A stretch of DNA of 64,000 nucleotides. Origin: Dehalococcoidia bacterium. GTDB taxonomy: Bacteria; Chloroflexota; Dehalococcoidia; Plut-88900. The translations under genes were made by a program, and so were the position numbers. The stretch lies in NCBI GenBank assembly GCA_965197645.1, contig OZ240219.1, positions 512,001 to 576,000 on the forward strand, read 5' to 3'. Positions within the stretch are counted from its first letter, which is position 1. The number at the start of each line of letters is the position of its first letter. Below the pieces are notes generated by a model. That model saw only the letters and a list, made by a program, of their open reading frames with translations, made no database searches and had not been told where the DNA came from. Below are positions 1 through 10,468 of this stretch, in pieces.

Positions 1-1
1 C

Positions 2-340
2 CTGAAGGAGATAGCCCTGGCGAGCCGCGACCTGGTCAGCCGCGCCAAGGGCGGGGTGCTCAAGCCGGAAGAGTACACCAGCGCCACCATAGCCGTGAGC
101 AACCTGGGCATGTTCGACGTCGATAGCTTTATCGCCATCATCAACCCGATGCAGTGTGCCAGCGTAGCCGTGGGCAGCGTTCAGGAGCAGGCCGTGGTGC
201 TAGATGGCGAGATCGTCGTCGCAAACATCATGCAAGCGACCATTTCCGCCGACCACCGGGTGGTCAACGGCGCCGAGACCGCCCAGTTCCTCAACGAGAT
301 CAAGGGCTTCCTCGAGCGTCCCTCCAGCCTCCTGGCCTAG
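2..340 (+). CDS. Dihydrolipoamide acyltransferase (2-oxoacid dehydrogenase E2), C-terminal part; 5' truncated by window edge
   Basis: Frame open from base 2; motifs SNLGMF, AIINP and catalytic SADHRVVNG. Confidence 0.92.
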   Translation: MKEIALASRDLVSRAKGGVLKPEEYTSATIAVSNLGMFDVDSFIAIINPMQCASVAVGSVQEQAVVLDGEIVVANIMQATISADHRVVNGAETAQFLNEIKGFLERPSSLLA

Positions 341-348
341 ACATCCTG

Positions 349-575
349 CAGACCCTCTGCCAGAGGCAGGGCGAGGCCCTGCACCCACAACATGAGAGAA
401 GATAGGGCTGGCCTATATCAAAGGGGCAACGGGTCCGGATAGGGTGTTGACAGGCCGATGGAACTCGGGGTGTGCAGAGGGGCGAAGCCCCTTTGCCGGG
501 AGCCTGAGGGTGTCCCTCAGAACTTAACCCTTACTCTTTCCCCTTCCTGGTCAGGGAGGGGACTAAGGGAATGGT
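349..575 (-). repeat. Palindromic intergenic REP/BIME-like composite repeat, locus A
   Basis: 351-516 is a close reverse-complement match to about 58428-58594; hairpins such as agaggggcgaagcccctttg and cccttcctggtcagggagggg. Confidence 0.85.
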
Positions 576-610
576 CGCGAAAGGAGATGCTCGCATGCCT
601 CCACAAACCC

Positions 611-639
611 TTGATGCCCTTCACCCTCCGTGCTACAGT
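611..639 (+). promoter_or_regulatory. Putative sigma70 promoter for the 681-9074 operon
   Basis: TTGATG-17 nt-TACAGT with TG extension. Confidence 0.5.
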
Positions 640-680
640 AACACCCGCTCAATCCAGTCCGTGGTCAACGAGGTGTATTC

Positions 681-1787
681 ATGCAGACCAGCATCGCTCC
701 GGTCATAACCGTCCGGGGAGACCCCTTCAGCAGAGGCCGCCAGCTGGGGGAACAGGCCGGCGAGCAGGTTCGTCGCGGCATCAACTTCTACCTCGATCTC
801 TGGCAGGACAACAAGGGGATGTCCCGGGACTACGTTCTGGGTCAGGCTGCCGAGTTCGCCGCCATCATCCAGGACTACGATCCCGATATCTTAGACGAGC
901 TGAAGGGCATCTCCCAAGGCGCAGGCTGCTCCCTGGACGAGCTGATAGCCCTCAACGCTAGGTACGAGTTCATCTGGGCCGAGATGCAGGACCCCGAAAA
1001 GCGGCCCGGCGAATGCACCGCTTTCGGCATACAGCCCCGCAAGGCGACCGGTGGACACACCCTCATAGCGCAGAACTGGGACTACCTCTCAGCGGTCGAT
1101 GAGAACTGCGTCATCACCGAGATCTATCAGGACGATAAGCCCAACGTTGTTTTTCACGGCGAGGCGGGTATCATCGGTCAGAAGGGGATGAACTCGGCCG
1201 GGTTGGGCCTGTGCGTCAACGCCCTCATCTCGGAGCACGATGGATTCCGGCCCGCCGTCCCCTTCTTCACCATCGCCAGGGCAGTGCTGAACTCGTCGAC
1301 CATCGACGAGGCGCAAGCCGCGGTAGCCAGGGCCCAAAAGTCCGTCTCCGGCAACATGCTCATCGGCAGCGATTCCGGAGATATGGTCGACCTGGAGTTG
1401 ACTCCCGTGGACGTGGCTTCCATCGACCCGGACGACGACGGCCTCACCCACGCCAACAACTTCCAGGCCCTTGGCGCCGATAGGGACGTCACCGACAAGT
1501 GGGACCGGCTGATTCCAGAGATGAAGGCCCGTCCGGCCCGCGCCCGGACACTGCTGAGCGACAGCGGCGCAGCCCTGGAGGCCGACTCCCTAAAGACCTT
1601 CCTGAGTGACCACGAGACGGGGCCCCACTCCATCTGCGCCCACGATAGGGCCTCGGACCCGGACCACGTCCGCAGCAAGACCCTGGCATCGGTGATCTTC
1701 GATCTGGATGAACGCTCGATGCTCATCGCCGAAGGGCCGCCATGCAGCAATCCGTACCGCCACTACACCTTCGATAGCCTGTCATGA
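681..1787 (+). CDS. C45 family autoproteolytic acyltransferase/hydrolase (Ntn hydrolase)
   Basis: LNARYE, GE|CT nucleophile, AQNWD, GMNSAG, THANNF. Confidence 0.9.
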   Translation: MQTSIAPVITVRGDPFSRGRQLGEQAGEQVRRGINFYLDLWQDNKGMSRDYVLGQAAEFAAIIQDYDPDILDELKGISQGAGCSLDELIALNARYEFIWAEMQDPEKRPGECTAFGIQPRKATGGHTLIAQNWDYLSAVDENCVITEIYQDDKPNVVFHGEAGIIGQKGMNSAGLGLCVNALISEHDGFRPAVPFFTIARAVLNSSTIDEAQAAVARAQKSVSGNMLIGSDSGDMVDLELTPVDVASIDPDDDGLTHANNFQALGADRDVTDKWDRLIPEMKARPARARTLLSDSGAALEADSLKTFLSDHETGPHSICAHDRASDPDHVRSKTLASVIFDLDERSMLIAEGPPCSNPYRHYTFDSLS

Positions 1788-3589
1788 TAGATCCCGTCAC
1801 CCTGGAGGTCATCCGCAACCGGCTCAAGTCCATCGCCGACGAGATGGAGATGACCCTCCTCAAGAGCTCCTACTCCAGCATCATCAAGGAGGGCCTGGAC
1901 GCCTCAACCGCTATCTTCGACACCAAAGGCGAGACCATAGCGCAGGGCAACTCCATCCCCATCCACCTCGGCAGCCTGGTACCCGCCACGCGGGCCATCC
2001 TGGATGAGTTCCCGCCTGCCGTCATGAAAGACGGCGACGCCTATATCCTCAACAACCCCTACCAGGGCGGCACTCACCTGCCGGACGTAACCATCATTGT
2101 CCCGGTGTTCCATGAGGGCGAACCCGTGGCCATGGGATGCACCATCGCCCACCATCAGGACCTGGGGGGCAAGACCCCGGGCAGTGTGCCCCCCGATGCC
2201 ACCGAGATCTTCCAGGAGGGCCTCATACTCCCTCCTCTCAAGCTCTACGACGCCGGCGAGCCCAACCATACCCTCCACCAGATTATTAGAAACAACGTCC
2301 GCATACCGGACATAGTCATCGGAGATATGCGCGCCCAGCTTGCGGCGGGACACGTGGCCAAGACCAGGGTTGCCGCCGTCTGCGATGAGTACGGCCGGGA
2401 GACGGTCATCGAGGCGATGAACGCCCTCCTGGACCATGCCGAAGCGGTGACCCGCAAAGAGCTGGAACGAGTACCCGACGGCATTTACGCCTTCGCCGAC
2501 TACATCGATAACGATGGAATCGAGATGGACCTGAGGCGCAAGATCCAGGTACAGATCACCGTCAAAGGTTCAGACATCACCTTCGATTTCACCGGCTCCA
2601 GCCCGCAGGTGAAGGGTCCCTTCAACTCGCCTCCGGCCTCGACTATATCCACCGCCTACTACACCGTCCGAGCTGTGACGGGCTCCTCCATCCCCAACAA
2701 CTCGGGGTGTTTCCGGCCGATAAAGGTGATCCTCCCGGAGTCCAGCATCGTCAATCCCAGTCCTCCCGCTCCCGTCAACTCCAGGACAGCGACGGTCAAG
2801 CGCATTACGGACGTGCTCCTGGGCGCCATGGTACAGGCGGTGCCCGATAGGCTTTCGGCGGCCTCCAGCGGGCAGCTTCTCGTCATGGCCCTGGGCGGCA
2901 TCGACCCCCTGACCAAACGGGCCTACGTAACCAGCGAGCTGGGGGCGGGGGGCATGGGTGCTCGGCCTACCGCCGACGGCATCGACGCCGTCGAGACCGA
3001 TGTCTCCAACTGCATGAACATTCCCGCCGAGGCCATCGAGATGGACCATCCCATCCGCATCATCAAAAGCAAACTTTGGAACGGTTCGGGCGGGGCCGGC
3101 AAGTTCCGCGGCGGGCTCGGCTTGGAGAAGGTCTTCGAGGTTGCGCGGGGAGAGGCGACCGTCACCTATCGAGGGGAGCGACACACCCTTCCGCCATGGG
3201 GCGTTTTCGGGGGGCATCCGGGCAACCAGGGAATGGCCCGGATCCACCGGCGTTCCGGCGAGATAGAAGAGGTGCCGGCCAAAGCCACACTGCGGCTGGG
3301 CGAGGGCGACCAGCTCCGCGCGTTTACCGCCGGTGGCGCCGGCTACGGCGACCCCCTGGAACGAGACTCCGACCGCGTGCTTGAGGACCTCCTCGACAGC
3401 AGGGTCTCACCCGAATCGGCCCTGGAGGACTATGGGGTCGTAATAGACCTCAAGACCAAGACCGTCGATGAAGACAAGACAAGTAGCACCCGCCAATCTC
3501 GTCGTGAGTCCCGCGGCGAAGTTACCTGGACATACAACCTGGGACCGGAGCTGGGCCTGGCCCGGTCTGAGACCTTCCAACGTGGCTGA
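1784..3589 (+). CDS. Hydantoinase B/oxoprolinase family subunit
   Basis: NNPYQGGTHLPD, HHQDLGG, IFQEGL, GGAGKFRGG, GGAGYGDP; ATGA overlap with the upstream gene. Confidence 0.93.
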   Translation: MIDPVTLEVIRNRLKSIADEMEMTLLKSSYSSIIKEGLDASTAIFDTKGETIAQGNSIPIHLGSLVPATRAILDEFPPAVMKDGDAYILNNPYQGGTHLPDVTIIVPVFHEGEPVAMGCTIAHHQDLGGKTPGSVPPDATEIFQEGLILPPLKLYDAGEPNHTLHQIIRNNVRIPDIVIGDMRAQLAAGHVAKTRVAAVCDEYGRETVIEAMNALLDHAEAVTRKELERVPDGIYAFADYIDNDGIEMDLRRKIQVQITVKGSDITFDFTGSSPQVKGPFNSPPASTISTAYYTVRAVTGSSIPNNSGCFRPIKVILPESSIVNPSPPAPVNSRTATVKRITDVLLGAMVQAVPDRLSAASSGQLLVMALGGIDPLTKRAYVTSELGAGGMGARPTADGIDAVETDVSNCMNIPAEAIEMDHPIRIIKSKLWNGSGGAGKFRGGLGLEKVFEVARGEATVTYRGERHTLPPWGVFGGHPGNQGMARIHRRSGEIEEVPAKATLRLGEGDQLRAFTAGGAGYGDPLERDSDRVLEDLLDSRVSPESALEDYGVVIDLKTKTVDEDKTSSTRQSRRESRGEVTWTYNLGPELGLARSETFQRG

Positions 3590-3592
3590 TCG

Positions 3593-5668
3593 ATGTCCAT
3601 CTCAATAGGTGTCGACATAGGAGGGACCTTCACCGATGTAGTCTCCGTCGACGCGGCCTCGAGCCGGCTGCTGCACACCAAGGTCAGCTCCACACCTCCC
3701 GATCTGGTCAGAGGTTTCATCCACGGCATTGACCAGGCGCTGGACCTAACCTCCGCACCCTACGGCGAGGTCTCCCGCATTGTTCACGGCACCACGGTGG
3801 GCACCAACGCCATCCTGGAGGCCAAGGGAGCGCCCATCGGGATCCTGGTGACTGATGGATTTGAAGACGTTCTCACCATCGGCCGCCAGAAGCGCTCCGA
3901 CATGTACGATGTCTTCATCACCGCCGAGACTCCCATCTTCCTGACCCCTCGAAGGCGCATCTTCGGCATCCAGGAGCGGCTCTACCACGATGGGACTATA
4001 GACGTTGCGCTGAACGAGGAACAGGTTGCGCAGGCGGTCAAGACCCTGGTCGATGAGCACGATGTGCAGGCCATCGCCGTCTGCTACCTCTTCTCCTTCG
4101 CTAACCCCCAGCACGAGCAACGGACCCGCGATTTGATACTGGAAGAGCACCCGGACCTGAGGGTCTCTCTTTCCTCGGACCTGGACCCCCGATTTCGGGA
4201 GTACGAGCGGCTCTGCCTCACCGCCTTTGACGCCTATCTGCGACCGGTGATGGAACGGTACCTTGGGCAGGTGCAGACCCAGCTTGCCGAACGCGGCGCC
4301 GATACCCGGTTTCACGTAATGCACTCCCGTGGAGGCGTCACCAGCGACGAGGCCATCCTTAGCAACACCGTATCCACCGTCCTATCCGGCCCGGCGGCGG
4401 GAGTGGTGGGAGGCATACACGCCGCCCGCCTATCGGGCATCGAGGACTCCATCACCCTGGACATGGGCGGCACCAGCTGCGACGTCGCCCTGGTGGAGAA
4501 GGGCAAGCCCATCCTTTCCAGCGAGGGCAAGATCGCCAAGTACCCCCTCCGGCAGCCGATGCTGGACATCAACACCATCGGCGCGGGTGGAGGCAGCATA
4601 GCCTGGCTGGATGCCGGGGGCGCCCTGAGAGTAGGGCCTAGAAGCGCCGGTGCCGTTCCGGGGCCTGCATGCTACGATGCGGGCGGACAGGAGCCCACCG
4701 TCACCGATGCCAGCCTCGTACTGGGCTATCTCAATCCCGACTATTTCGCCGGCGGCGCCAGGACTCTTTCCAGACCCCTGGCCGAGAGAGCCATAGAGAG
4801 GACCATCGCCGGCCCCCTTGGCATGTCTGTCCCCGAGGCGGCTCAGGGCATACACACTATCGTCAACAGCAACATGGCCGACGAGGTCAGGTTGGTCTCC
4901 GTCAACCGGGGCTACGATCCTCGAAACTTCGCCCTGGTGCCGGTGGGCGGCGCCGGCCCGGTCCACGCTGGACGGCTGGCCCTGCAGACCCACATCACCA
5001 AGGTGCTGGTGCCGCGAAACCCGGGCGTCCAGTCCGCCTTCGGACTGCTGGTTGCCAACCTGGAGCATGAGCGGGCCAGGACGTTTCGCACCAAGGCCAC
5101 CGAGGTAAATTCCGACGACCTCGCCCGCGCCTTCCGGGAGCTGGAGCAGGTGTGCCAGGCCCAGATGGACCGAGACAAGTTGGAGCATGAGCCAGTATCC
5201 ACCCGCCGTTCTATGGAGTTTCGATACATCGGCCAGTCCTACGAGCTGGAGATCCCCTTCACTGCCGGACAGATAGACGCCGAGTCCGTTGTTTCGGCCA
5301 TCGGCTCCTTTCACGAGCTCCACGAGCGGGTATACGGGCACAGAGACGCGGATGACCTGGTGGAGATCGTAACCCTCCGGGTCATCCTCTCCCAGTCGCC
5401 GCCTGCCATGGTGGAGGTGGATAAGACGGGAGAAGCCCAGTCCGTCGCCGCAGACCCCGTCTCAGCCCGAAAAGGGGTCCGGTCCGCCTACTTCACCGAG
5501 TCCAACGGCTACGTCGACACACCTATATACAGTCGGGAGGCGTTGAAGCCGGGCATGGCGTTCGAAGGCCCCGCCATAATCGAGCAGGAAGACACCACCA
5601 CCGTGGTGTATCCGGGGCACGTTGCTCGAGTAGACCATAACGACAACATCGTTGTCGAAATCGAATGA
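3593..5668 (+). CDS. Hydantoinase A/oxoprolinase family ATP-binding subunit
   Basis: DIGGTFTD, HGTTVGTN, SGPAAG, DMGGTSCD, GAGGGSIA. Confidence 0.93.
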   Translation: MSISIGVDIGGTFTDVVSVDAASSRLLHTKVSSTPPDLVRGFIHGIDQALDLTSAPYGEVSRIVHGTTVGTNAILEAKGAPIGILVTDGFEDVLTIGRQKRSDMYDVFITAETPIFLTPRRRIFGIQERLYHDGTIDVALNEEQVAQAVKTLVDEHDVQAIAVCYLFSFANPQHEQRTRDLILEEHPDLRVSLSSDLDPRFREYERLCLTAFDAYLRPVMERYLGQVQTQLAERGADTRFHVMHSRGGVTSDEAILSNTVSTVLSGPAAGVVGGIHAARLSGIEDSITLDMGGTSCDVALVEKGKPILSSEGKIAKYPLRQPMLDINTIGAGGGSIAWLDAGGALRVGPRSAGAVPGPACYDAGGQEPTVTDASLVLGYLNPDYFAGGARTLSRPLAERAIERTIAGPLGMSVPEAAQGIHTIVNSNMADEVRLVSVNRGYDPRNFALVPVGGAGPVHAGRLALQTHITKVLVPRNPGVQSAFGLLVANLEHERARTFRTKATEVNSDDLARAFRELEQVCQAQMDRDKLEHEPVSTRRSMEFRYIGQSYELEIPFTAGQIDAESVVSAIGSFHELHERVYGHRDADDLVEIVTLRVILSQSPPAMVEVDKTGEAQSVAADPVSARKGVRSAYFTESNGYVDTPIYSREALKPGMAFEGPAIIEQEDTTTVVYPGHVARVDHNDNIVVEIE

Positions 5669-5713
5669 TCCGGCTCCGCTGATCTCCTGAGGTCGGATGC
5701 CGGCCACCTGAAT

Positions 5714-6484
5714 ATGTTAACCACTCCGGCCCAGCTGCAGCACATCTACCTCGATGGCCGTCACTATGACGAGGCCTACAGGGAGTTCGCGGAAGACGTT
5801 CCCTTCTGGCTGGCTCAGGCCGACAGATACGGCGGACCGATTCTCGAGCTGGCCTGCGGTACGGGACGCATCGCACTGCCCCTGGCCAGGCGTGGATTCG
5901 AGGTGGTTGGCATCGACCTTGCCGGCTCAATGCTGGACCAGGCGTGCAGGATGTCTTCCAAGGAGAACCTCTCGATACAGTGGGTCAGGGCCGACATGAG
6001 GGACTTCCGCCTGGATAGGCGATTCAACCAGGTCATAGTACCCTCTCAAAGCATCTCTCGGCTCCTGGCTAGGCCGGACATGGAGCGGTGCCTCTCGTGC
6101 GTCAAAGCGCATCTCGATCCGCGCGGCAGGTTCATCATAGAGCTGTACAACCCTTCGCTTGAGCTCCTGAGCCAGGACGAAAATGAGAGTTACCCGTTTC
6201 TGGAGTACCCTCACCCCAGCGGCGAGGGCACTGTTACTGTCACCTACAGCGGCGCCTACGATAGGGCGACCCAGGTGCAGCACCTCACCCTGCATTACTC
6301 TCTGCCCGGCTCCAGTGAACCTGTAATCGAGCAGCTCAGCATGCGTATGTACTTCCCCCAGGAGATGGAAGAGCTGCTCAGCTACAACGGGTTTGACGTT
6401 GAGGCCAAGTTCGGAGATTATGATGCCAAGCCCTTCGATGCTGACGATCAGCTGCAGATTCTCGTCTGCCGTAGGGCCGATTAG
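5714..6484 (+). CDS. Class I SAM-dependent methyltransferase
   Basis: LELACGTGR motif I; GIDL; ADMRDF. Confidence 0.9.
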   Translation: MLTTPAQLQHIYLDGRHYDEAYREFAEDVPFWLAQADRYGGPILELACGTGRIALPLARRGFEVVGIDLAGSMLDQACRMSSKENLSIQWVRADMRDFRLDRRFNQVIVPSQSISRLLARPDMERCLSCVKAHLDPRGRFIIELYNPSLELLSQDENESYPFLEYPHPSGEGTVTVTYSGAYDRATQVQHLTLHYSLPGSSEPVIEQLSMRMYFPQEMEELLSYNGFDVEAKFGDYDAKPFDADDQLQILVCRRAD

Positions 6485-6510
6485 CGCTCACAGCTAGAAA
6501 CGAGGCCAAA

Positions 6511-7461
6511 ATGGCAACCGTCAACTCCGTGCTCGGACCCATCGACACCGCGGACATGGGCTTCACCCTGTCCCACGAACACGTCCTCGTCGGTTCAGCC
6601 GGCATTCAGTACGTCTACCCCGAGTTCATAGCACGGGACGCCATAATCGAAAGGGGAATTCGGGACTTGAAGGAGGCCTACGACGAGGGCCTGCGCACAA
6701 TCATCGACGTGACCACCATCGATCTCGGTCGGGACATCCGCCTGCTTGAGGAGGTCTCCCGGGGCTCCGGCGTCCAGATCATCTGCGCCACCGGCACCTG
6801 GCGAGACATCCCCAGAGTCTTCTGGAGCGCCGACCCCGACGACATCGCTCCTCTGTACATCCGGGAGATCGAGGAGGGGGTCGAAGGCACGGGAATCAAG
6901 GCCGGCGTCATCAAGGTGGCCAACGACGTGGGTGGCGTCACCCCCGAGGGCGAGATAATCCTGCGGGCGGCAGCCCGTGCCCATAAGGCAACGGGCGCTC
7001 CCATATCAACTCACACCTGGGCGCCTGAACGCGTGGGTGAGCAGCAGGTGCGCATCTTCGAGGACGAGGGCGTCGATCTCACGAGGGTATATGTCGGTCA
7101 CAGCAACGACACCACCGACACCGATTACCTCATCGGCCTGCTGGAGAAGGGGGTCTGGATCGGACTGGACCGCTACCCCGGGGGCTGGGACGAAGTCACT
7201 CCCGATTGGAAGGGCAGGACGGAAACAGCCAAGAAGCTCATCGATGCCGGCTTCGCCCACAAGATCATGCTCAGCCACGACTGGGCCATCCCCGAGACAT
7301 GGACCAGCCAGGAGGCCCAGCAGATGCAGGACATCAATCCCCACGGCTACCTGTTCATCTCCAGGGTGGTCCTGCCCGCTCTCAGCGAGATGGGCGTCCC
7401 TGACGAGACCATCAAACAGATCATGGAGGAGAACTCCGGGCGCTTCATGGCAGGCGCTTAG
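6511..7461 (+). CDS. Phosphotriesterase-related protein (PTE/PLL family)
   Basis: HEH, GRD, IKVA (carbamylated Lys), THT, GH, LSHD metal ligands. Confidence 0.92.
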   Translation: MATVNSVLGPIDTADMGFTLSHEHVLVGSAGIQYVYPEFIARDAIIERGIRDLKEAYDEGLRTIIDVTTIDLGRDIRLLEEVSRGSGVQIICATGTWRDIPRVFWSADPDDIAPLYIREIEEGVEGTGIKAGVIKVANDVGGVTPEGEIILRAAARAHKATGAPISTHTWAPERVGEQQVRIFEDEGVDLTRVYVGHSNDTTDTDYLIGLLEKGVWIGLDRYPGGWDEVTPDWKGRTETAKKLIDAGFAHKIMLSHDWAIPETWTSQEAQQMQDINPHGYLFISRVVLPALSEMGVPDETIKQIMEENSGRFMAGA

Positions 7462-7473
7462 AAAGCCGGGAGT

Positions 7474-8727
7474 ATGGTACAGACCTCATACCAGGGATTC
7501 GTAAACGCCCACACCCATAGCAACTCCATCCCCTACAAGGGCGCCAGCGCATCCACCCCCTTCGAGCTGTGGCTAACGAACAGGCTGTCGACGCGGATCG
7601 GTGCAATGACCCCCGAGGAACAGGCAGCCTGTGCACTGGTGTGCGGCCTGGAGAACCTGGAGGCTGGCGCCGTAGGCGTGATGGACCACATCTACTGCGA
7701 CCTGACCGAGGAGCACGTCCACGGCGTAGCCGAGGCCTACGAAGCCCTGAGCATGCGGGCCTGGGTGTTCCCAAATATCGATGATCTGCCCATGCTCTGC
7801 TATACCAAAGAGGCCTACCCCAACTATCCGAATGCCATTCCCCTGGACGAGCTGCCCGAGGAGATTCGCACGGCGATGCAGCCGCGCCCTTTCGAAGACC
7901 GGGTGGGAAAATCGAAGGAGCTTATCAAGAACTGGAAGGGCCGCAGGGTCCAGATGGGCTTTGCCCTAGGCAACCCCGTCTGGTGCAGCGATGAGTTGCT
8001 GCAGTCCGCCTCCGAAGCGCTCAGGGAGCTGGATGTTCCGCTGGAGGTACACGCCGAAGAGTCTCCGGTGCAGCGAGAGGTCTCGCTGGCCCAGTGGGGC
8101 ATGAGCGGCGTCCAGCGGCTGGACAAGTACGGCCTCCTCTCGCCCAGGACTATCGTCGCCCACTGCGTCCAGGCCAGTGACGAGGACATCGCCATACTGG
8201 GCGATCGGGGCTGCTCCGTGTCTCACAACCCGCTGAGCAACCTCAAGCTTCACAACGGCATCGGCCCCGTGGGCAAGCTGCTGAAGGCCGGAGTCAACGT
8301 CTGCCTCGGCAGCGACGGCCCCAACGCATGCGACGAGCAAAGCCTGTTCCCGGTCATGCGCATCACCGCCGCATTGGCCCGCCTCAACGGAATCCAGGAC
8401 CGCACCGATTACATCGAGTCCCAGGTCGTTCACCTGGCATCCAGCCACGGCCACCGCCTCTGGTTCCCCGGTTCGATATCCGACGACCAGGTCGAGTACG
8501 GTCAGCCGGTGGACCCAATCCGGCTGGTGTGGACGGACATGGCCGCCTCCATTAGCGAGGTGTACGTCGAGGGGCAGCCCATCCTCGAGCAGGCCAGGGC
8601 GGTGGTTGAAGAGAGCGGGGCACGGGAGCAGGTAGCCCGGCTGGCCGAGCCTCCCGATGATACCGAGTCCTCCACCATTTCCCAGCAGCTACAGTCCCTA
8701 CTCAAGAGGTACGCCCGGTCGATATGA
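7474..8727 (+). CDS. Amidohydrolase/deaminase (AtzA/SAH deaminase-like) with minimal N-terminus
   Basis: GFVNAHTH, VHAEES, AHCV, HNPLSNLKL, LGSDG. Confidence 0.85.
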   Translation: MVQTSYQGFVNAHTHSNSIPYKGASASTPFELWLTNRLSTRIGAMTPEEQAACALVCGLENLEAGAVGVMDHIYCDLTEEHVHGVAEAYEALSMRAWVFPNIDDLPMLCYTKEAYPNYPNAIPLDELPEEIRTAMQPRPFEDRVGKSKELIKNWKGRRVQMGFALGNPVWCSDELLQSASEALRELDVPLEVHAEESPVQREVSLAQWGMSGVQRLDKYGLLSPRTIVAHCVQASDEDIAILGDRGCSVSHNPLSNLKLHNGIGPVGKLLKAGVNVCLGSDGPNACDEQSLFPVMRITAALARLNGIQDRTDYIESQVVHLASSHGHRLWFPGSISDDQVEYGQPVDPIRLVWTDMAASISEVYVEGQPILEQARAVVEESGAREQVARLAEPPDDTESSTISQQLQSLLKRYARSI

Positions 8728-9074
8728 AGTGGACCCTCTACTACGATGGCGGATGCGGACTTTGCACCAGGACCATCGGATGGCTCTCCAGGCTGGACCT
8801 GTTTGGCAGCATCGTCTGGGTTCCCAGTCAATCGCTCAGCGAGCCGCCGGGCGGGTTGTCTTTCAAGGACTTGGAGCGGTCCACCTACCTGGAAACCGGC
8901 AACGGCCGCCTGCACGAGGGTTTCTATGCCATCAGGATGCTCACCCTCCGGCTCCTTCCGTTGATGCCGCTGGCCCCCCTCCTATGGCTCCCTGGCATAC
9001 ACCTTCTGGGAGTCCCCGCCTACCGATGGGTGGCCAGGAACCGCCGCTCCACTTCCTGCCTCCCGACGACATGA
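8724..9074 (+). CDS. DCC1-like thiol-disulfide oxidoreductase (DUF393)
   Basis: YDGGCGLC N-terminal DxxCxxC; YRWVARNR. Confidence 0.85.
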   Translation: MKWTLYYDGGCGLCTRTIGWLSRLDLFGSIVWVPSQSLSEPPGGLSFKDLERSTYLETGNGRLHEGFYAIRMLTLRLLPLMPLAPLLWLPGIHLLGVPAYRWVARNRRSTSCLPTT

Positions 9075-9237
9075 GCCGGACCAAGAAGGGCCGTTGATTT
9101 TTACTGGCGCCCCATACGTGGTGTAAGATAGTGGTAGACCTGATGGGGCTGGCGAAGCAGATATCCACGGTAGTCTACGGTTGTACTTGGATCCTTGTAA
9201 CCGCGGTTCGAGTTTATCAGGGTGAGGTAAGTTTACG

Positions 9238-9936
9238 ATGTCCGCTTTAGCTGTAGACCGGCAGAAACAACCCTGGTTCCGCCGACTATTCCTGCCATCT
9301 TACAAGATATCCGAAGTCGCGCTGTATACCGGCGCTCATTCGAACACCATAGCGAATTGGCATTATCGGGGCAAACCGGTTTTGCCAGGGCGGGAACCCA
9401 AGAAACCCTTAAATTATCTGGAGTTGGTCGAGGTCGCTTTCGTCGCCTTTTTCCGGTCGCTAGGGTTGTCAATGAAGAGAATCCGGGCAGCGCGTGATTA
9501 TGTTGCGCAGAATTTCACGGCTGAATACCCGTTGGCGGAGAATCGGTTCAAGACCGAAGGTATGTACATCTTGATGGAATACCATAAGGTAGATCCCGAT
9601 CCACGGCTTGGGCAGATTATTGTTGCAGACCAGGGAGGACAACTGGCGTGGGCCGATTTCCTTGGGGACAAGTTTGAGTGCTTCGACTATGAATATGAGC
9701 TTGCCTTACGTTGGCATCCAGCAGGGAGGGATAGCCTTGTGGTGATCGACCCTCGGGTTTCATTCGGTGCCCCCATCGTCTACGGGCTCCCGACCTGGGT
9801 GGTCAAGGGTCGATGGAACGCCGGTGAATCGATAGATGAAATCTCTTATGACTTCGAGATTCCAAAAGAAGCCGTACAGGATGCGCTGGCTTTCGAGCGG
9901 GTTCCGATCAACAACGGAGATTCATCAACATTTTGA
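9238..9936 (+). CDS. HTH + DUF433 antitoxin (VapB45/Rv2018-like)
   Basis: N-terminal HTH (YKISEVA..), LNYLELVE, C-terminal VIDPRVSFGAP..GESIDEISYDF DUF433. Confidence 0.85.
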   Translation: MSALAVDRQKQPWFRRLFLPSYKISEVALYTGAHSNTIANWHYRGKPVLPGREPKKPLNYLELVEVAFVAFFRSLGLSMKRIRAARDYVAQNFTAEYPLAENRFKTEGMYILMEYHKVDPDPRLGQIIVADQGGQLAWADFLGDKFECFDYEYELALRWHPAGRDSLVVIDPRVSFGAPIVYGLPTWVVKGRWNAGESIDEISYDFEIPKEAVQDALAFERVPINNGDSSTF

Positions 9937-10343
9937 CGTTGTTTTGGGACAAGAACACCCCCAAGACTATCCCCCAGGTATTACTGAAGTTGAACCTTCC
10001 TATAGGTATCGAGCATTATCTCAAGCACTTTCCCCGTAGTGATTTCGAGCGTGAAAGAGGTGATGACAAATGGTTTTCTCAAGTTGCTGCTTGGGGATGG
10101 ACGACTATTGTCAGCCAGGATTACAACTTCCACACCAAACAGAATGAAAGATTCGCCTTGCGGCAGCATAACTTGGGATGCTTCTATCTTTGGGGCGCCA
10201 CAGAACCCAAGTGGGAAATACTTCGGTGCTTTGCACGAGCTTATGACAAGATTGTGAAAGCAGCGGAAACTACTCCTCGTCCCTTTGTTTTCCGGGTTAC
10301 CCGCATGGGCAACCTAGTACCAGTGGTGATCCCGGGACCGTAG
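9933..10343 (+). CDS. PIN-like toxin (VapC45/Rv2019-like)
   Basis: FWDKN, DDKW, VSQD motifs; TTGA overlap with the DUF433 gene. Confidence 0.75.
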   Translation: MTLFWDKNTPKTIPQVLLKLNLPIGIEHYLKHFPRSDFERERGDDKWFSQVAAWGWTTIVSQDYNFHTKQNERFALRQHNLGCFYLWGATEPKWEILRCFARAYDKIVKAAETTPRPFVFRVTRMGNLVPVVIPGP

Positions 10344-10468
10344 GTGCGCAAAACAGCCTATTGCCATACATGAACAGAACAGGACTTTCAACCTGGGGAA
10401 CTTTCAGGTGTTGACCAGATAGGACGACATCGACGGAAGCTCCCCAATCTCCTAAGGAGGCTTTGCAA

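Noticed and set aside
458-961. 167-aa ORF
   Set aside because: Starts inside the REP-like repeat and overlaps the C45 gene out of frame
9195-9220. GGTTCGA T-loop-like word suggesting a tRNA
   Set aside because: No cloverleaf pairing or acceptor stem
9065-10430. GACGACAT on both sides of the TA module as a target-site duplication
   Set aside because: Only 8 bp and not clearly at the boundaries; could be chance
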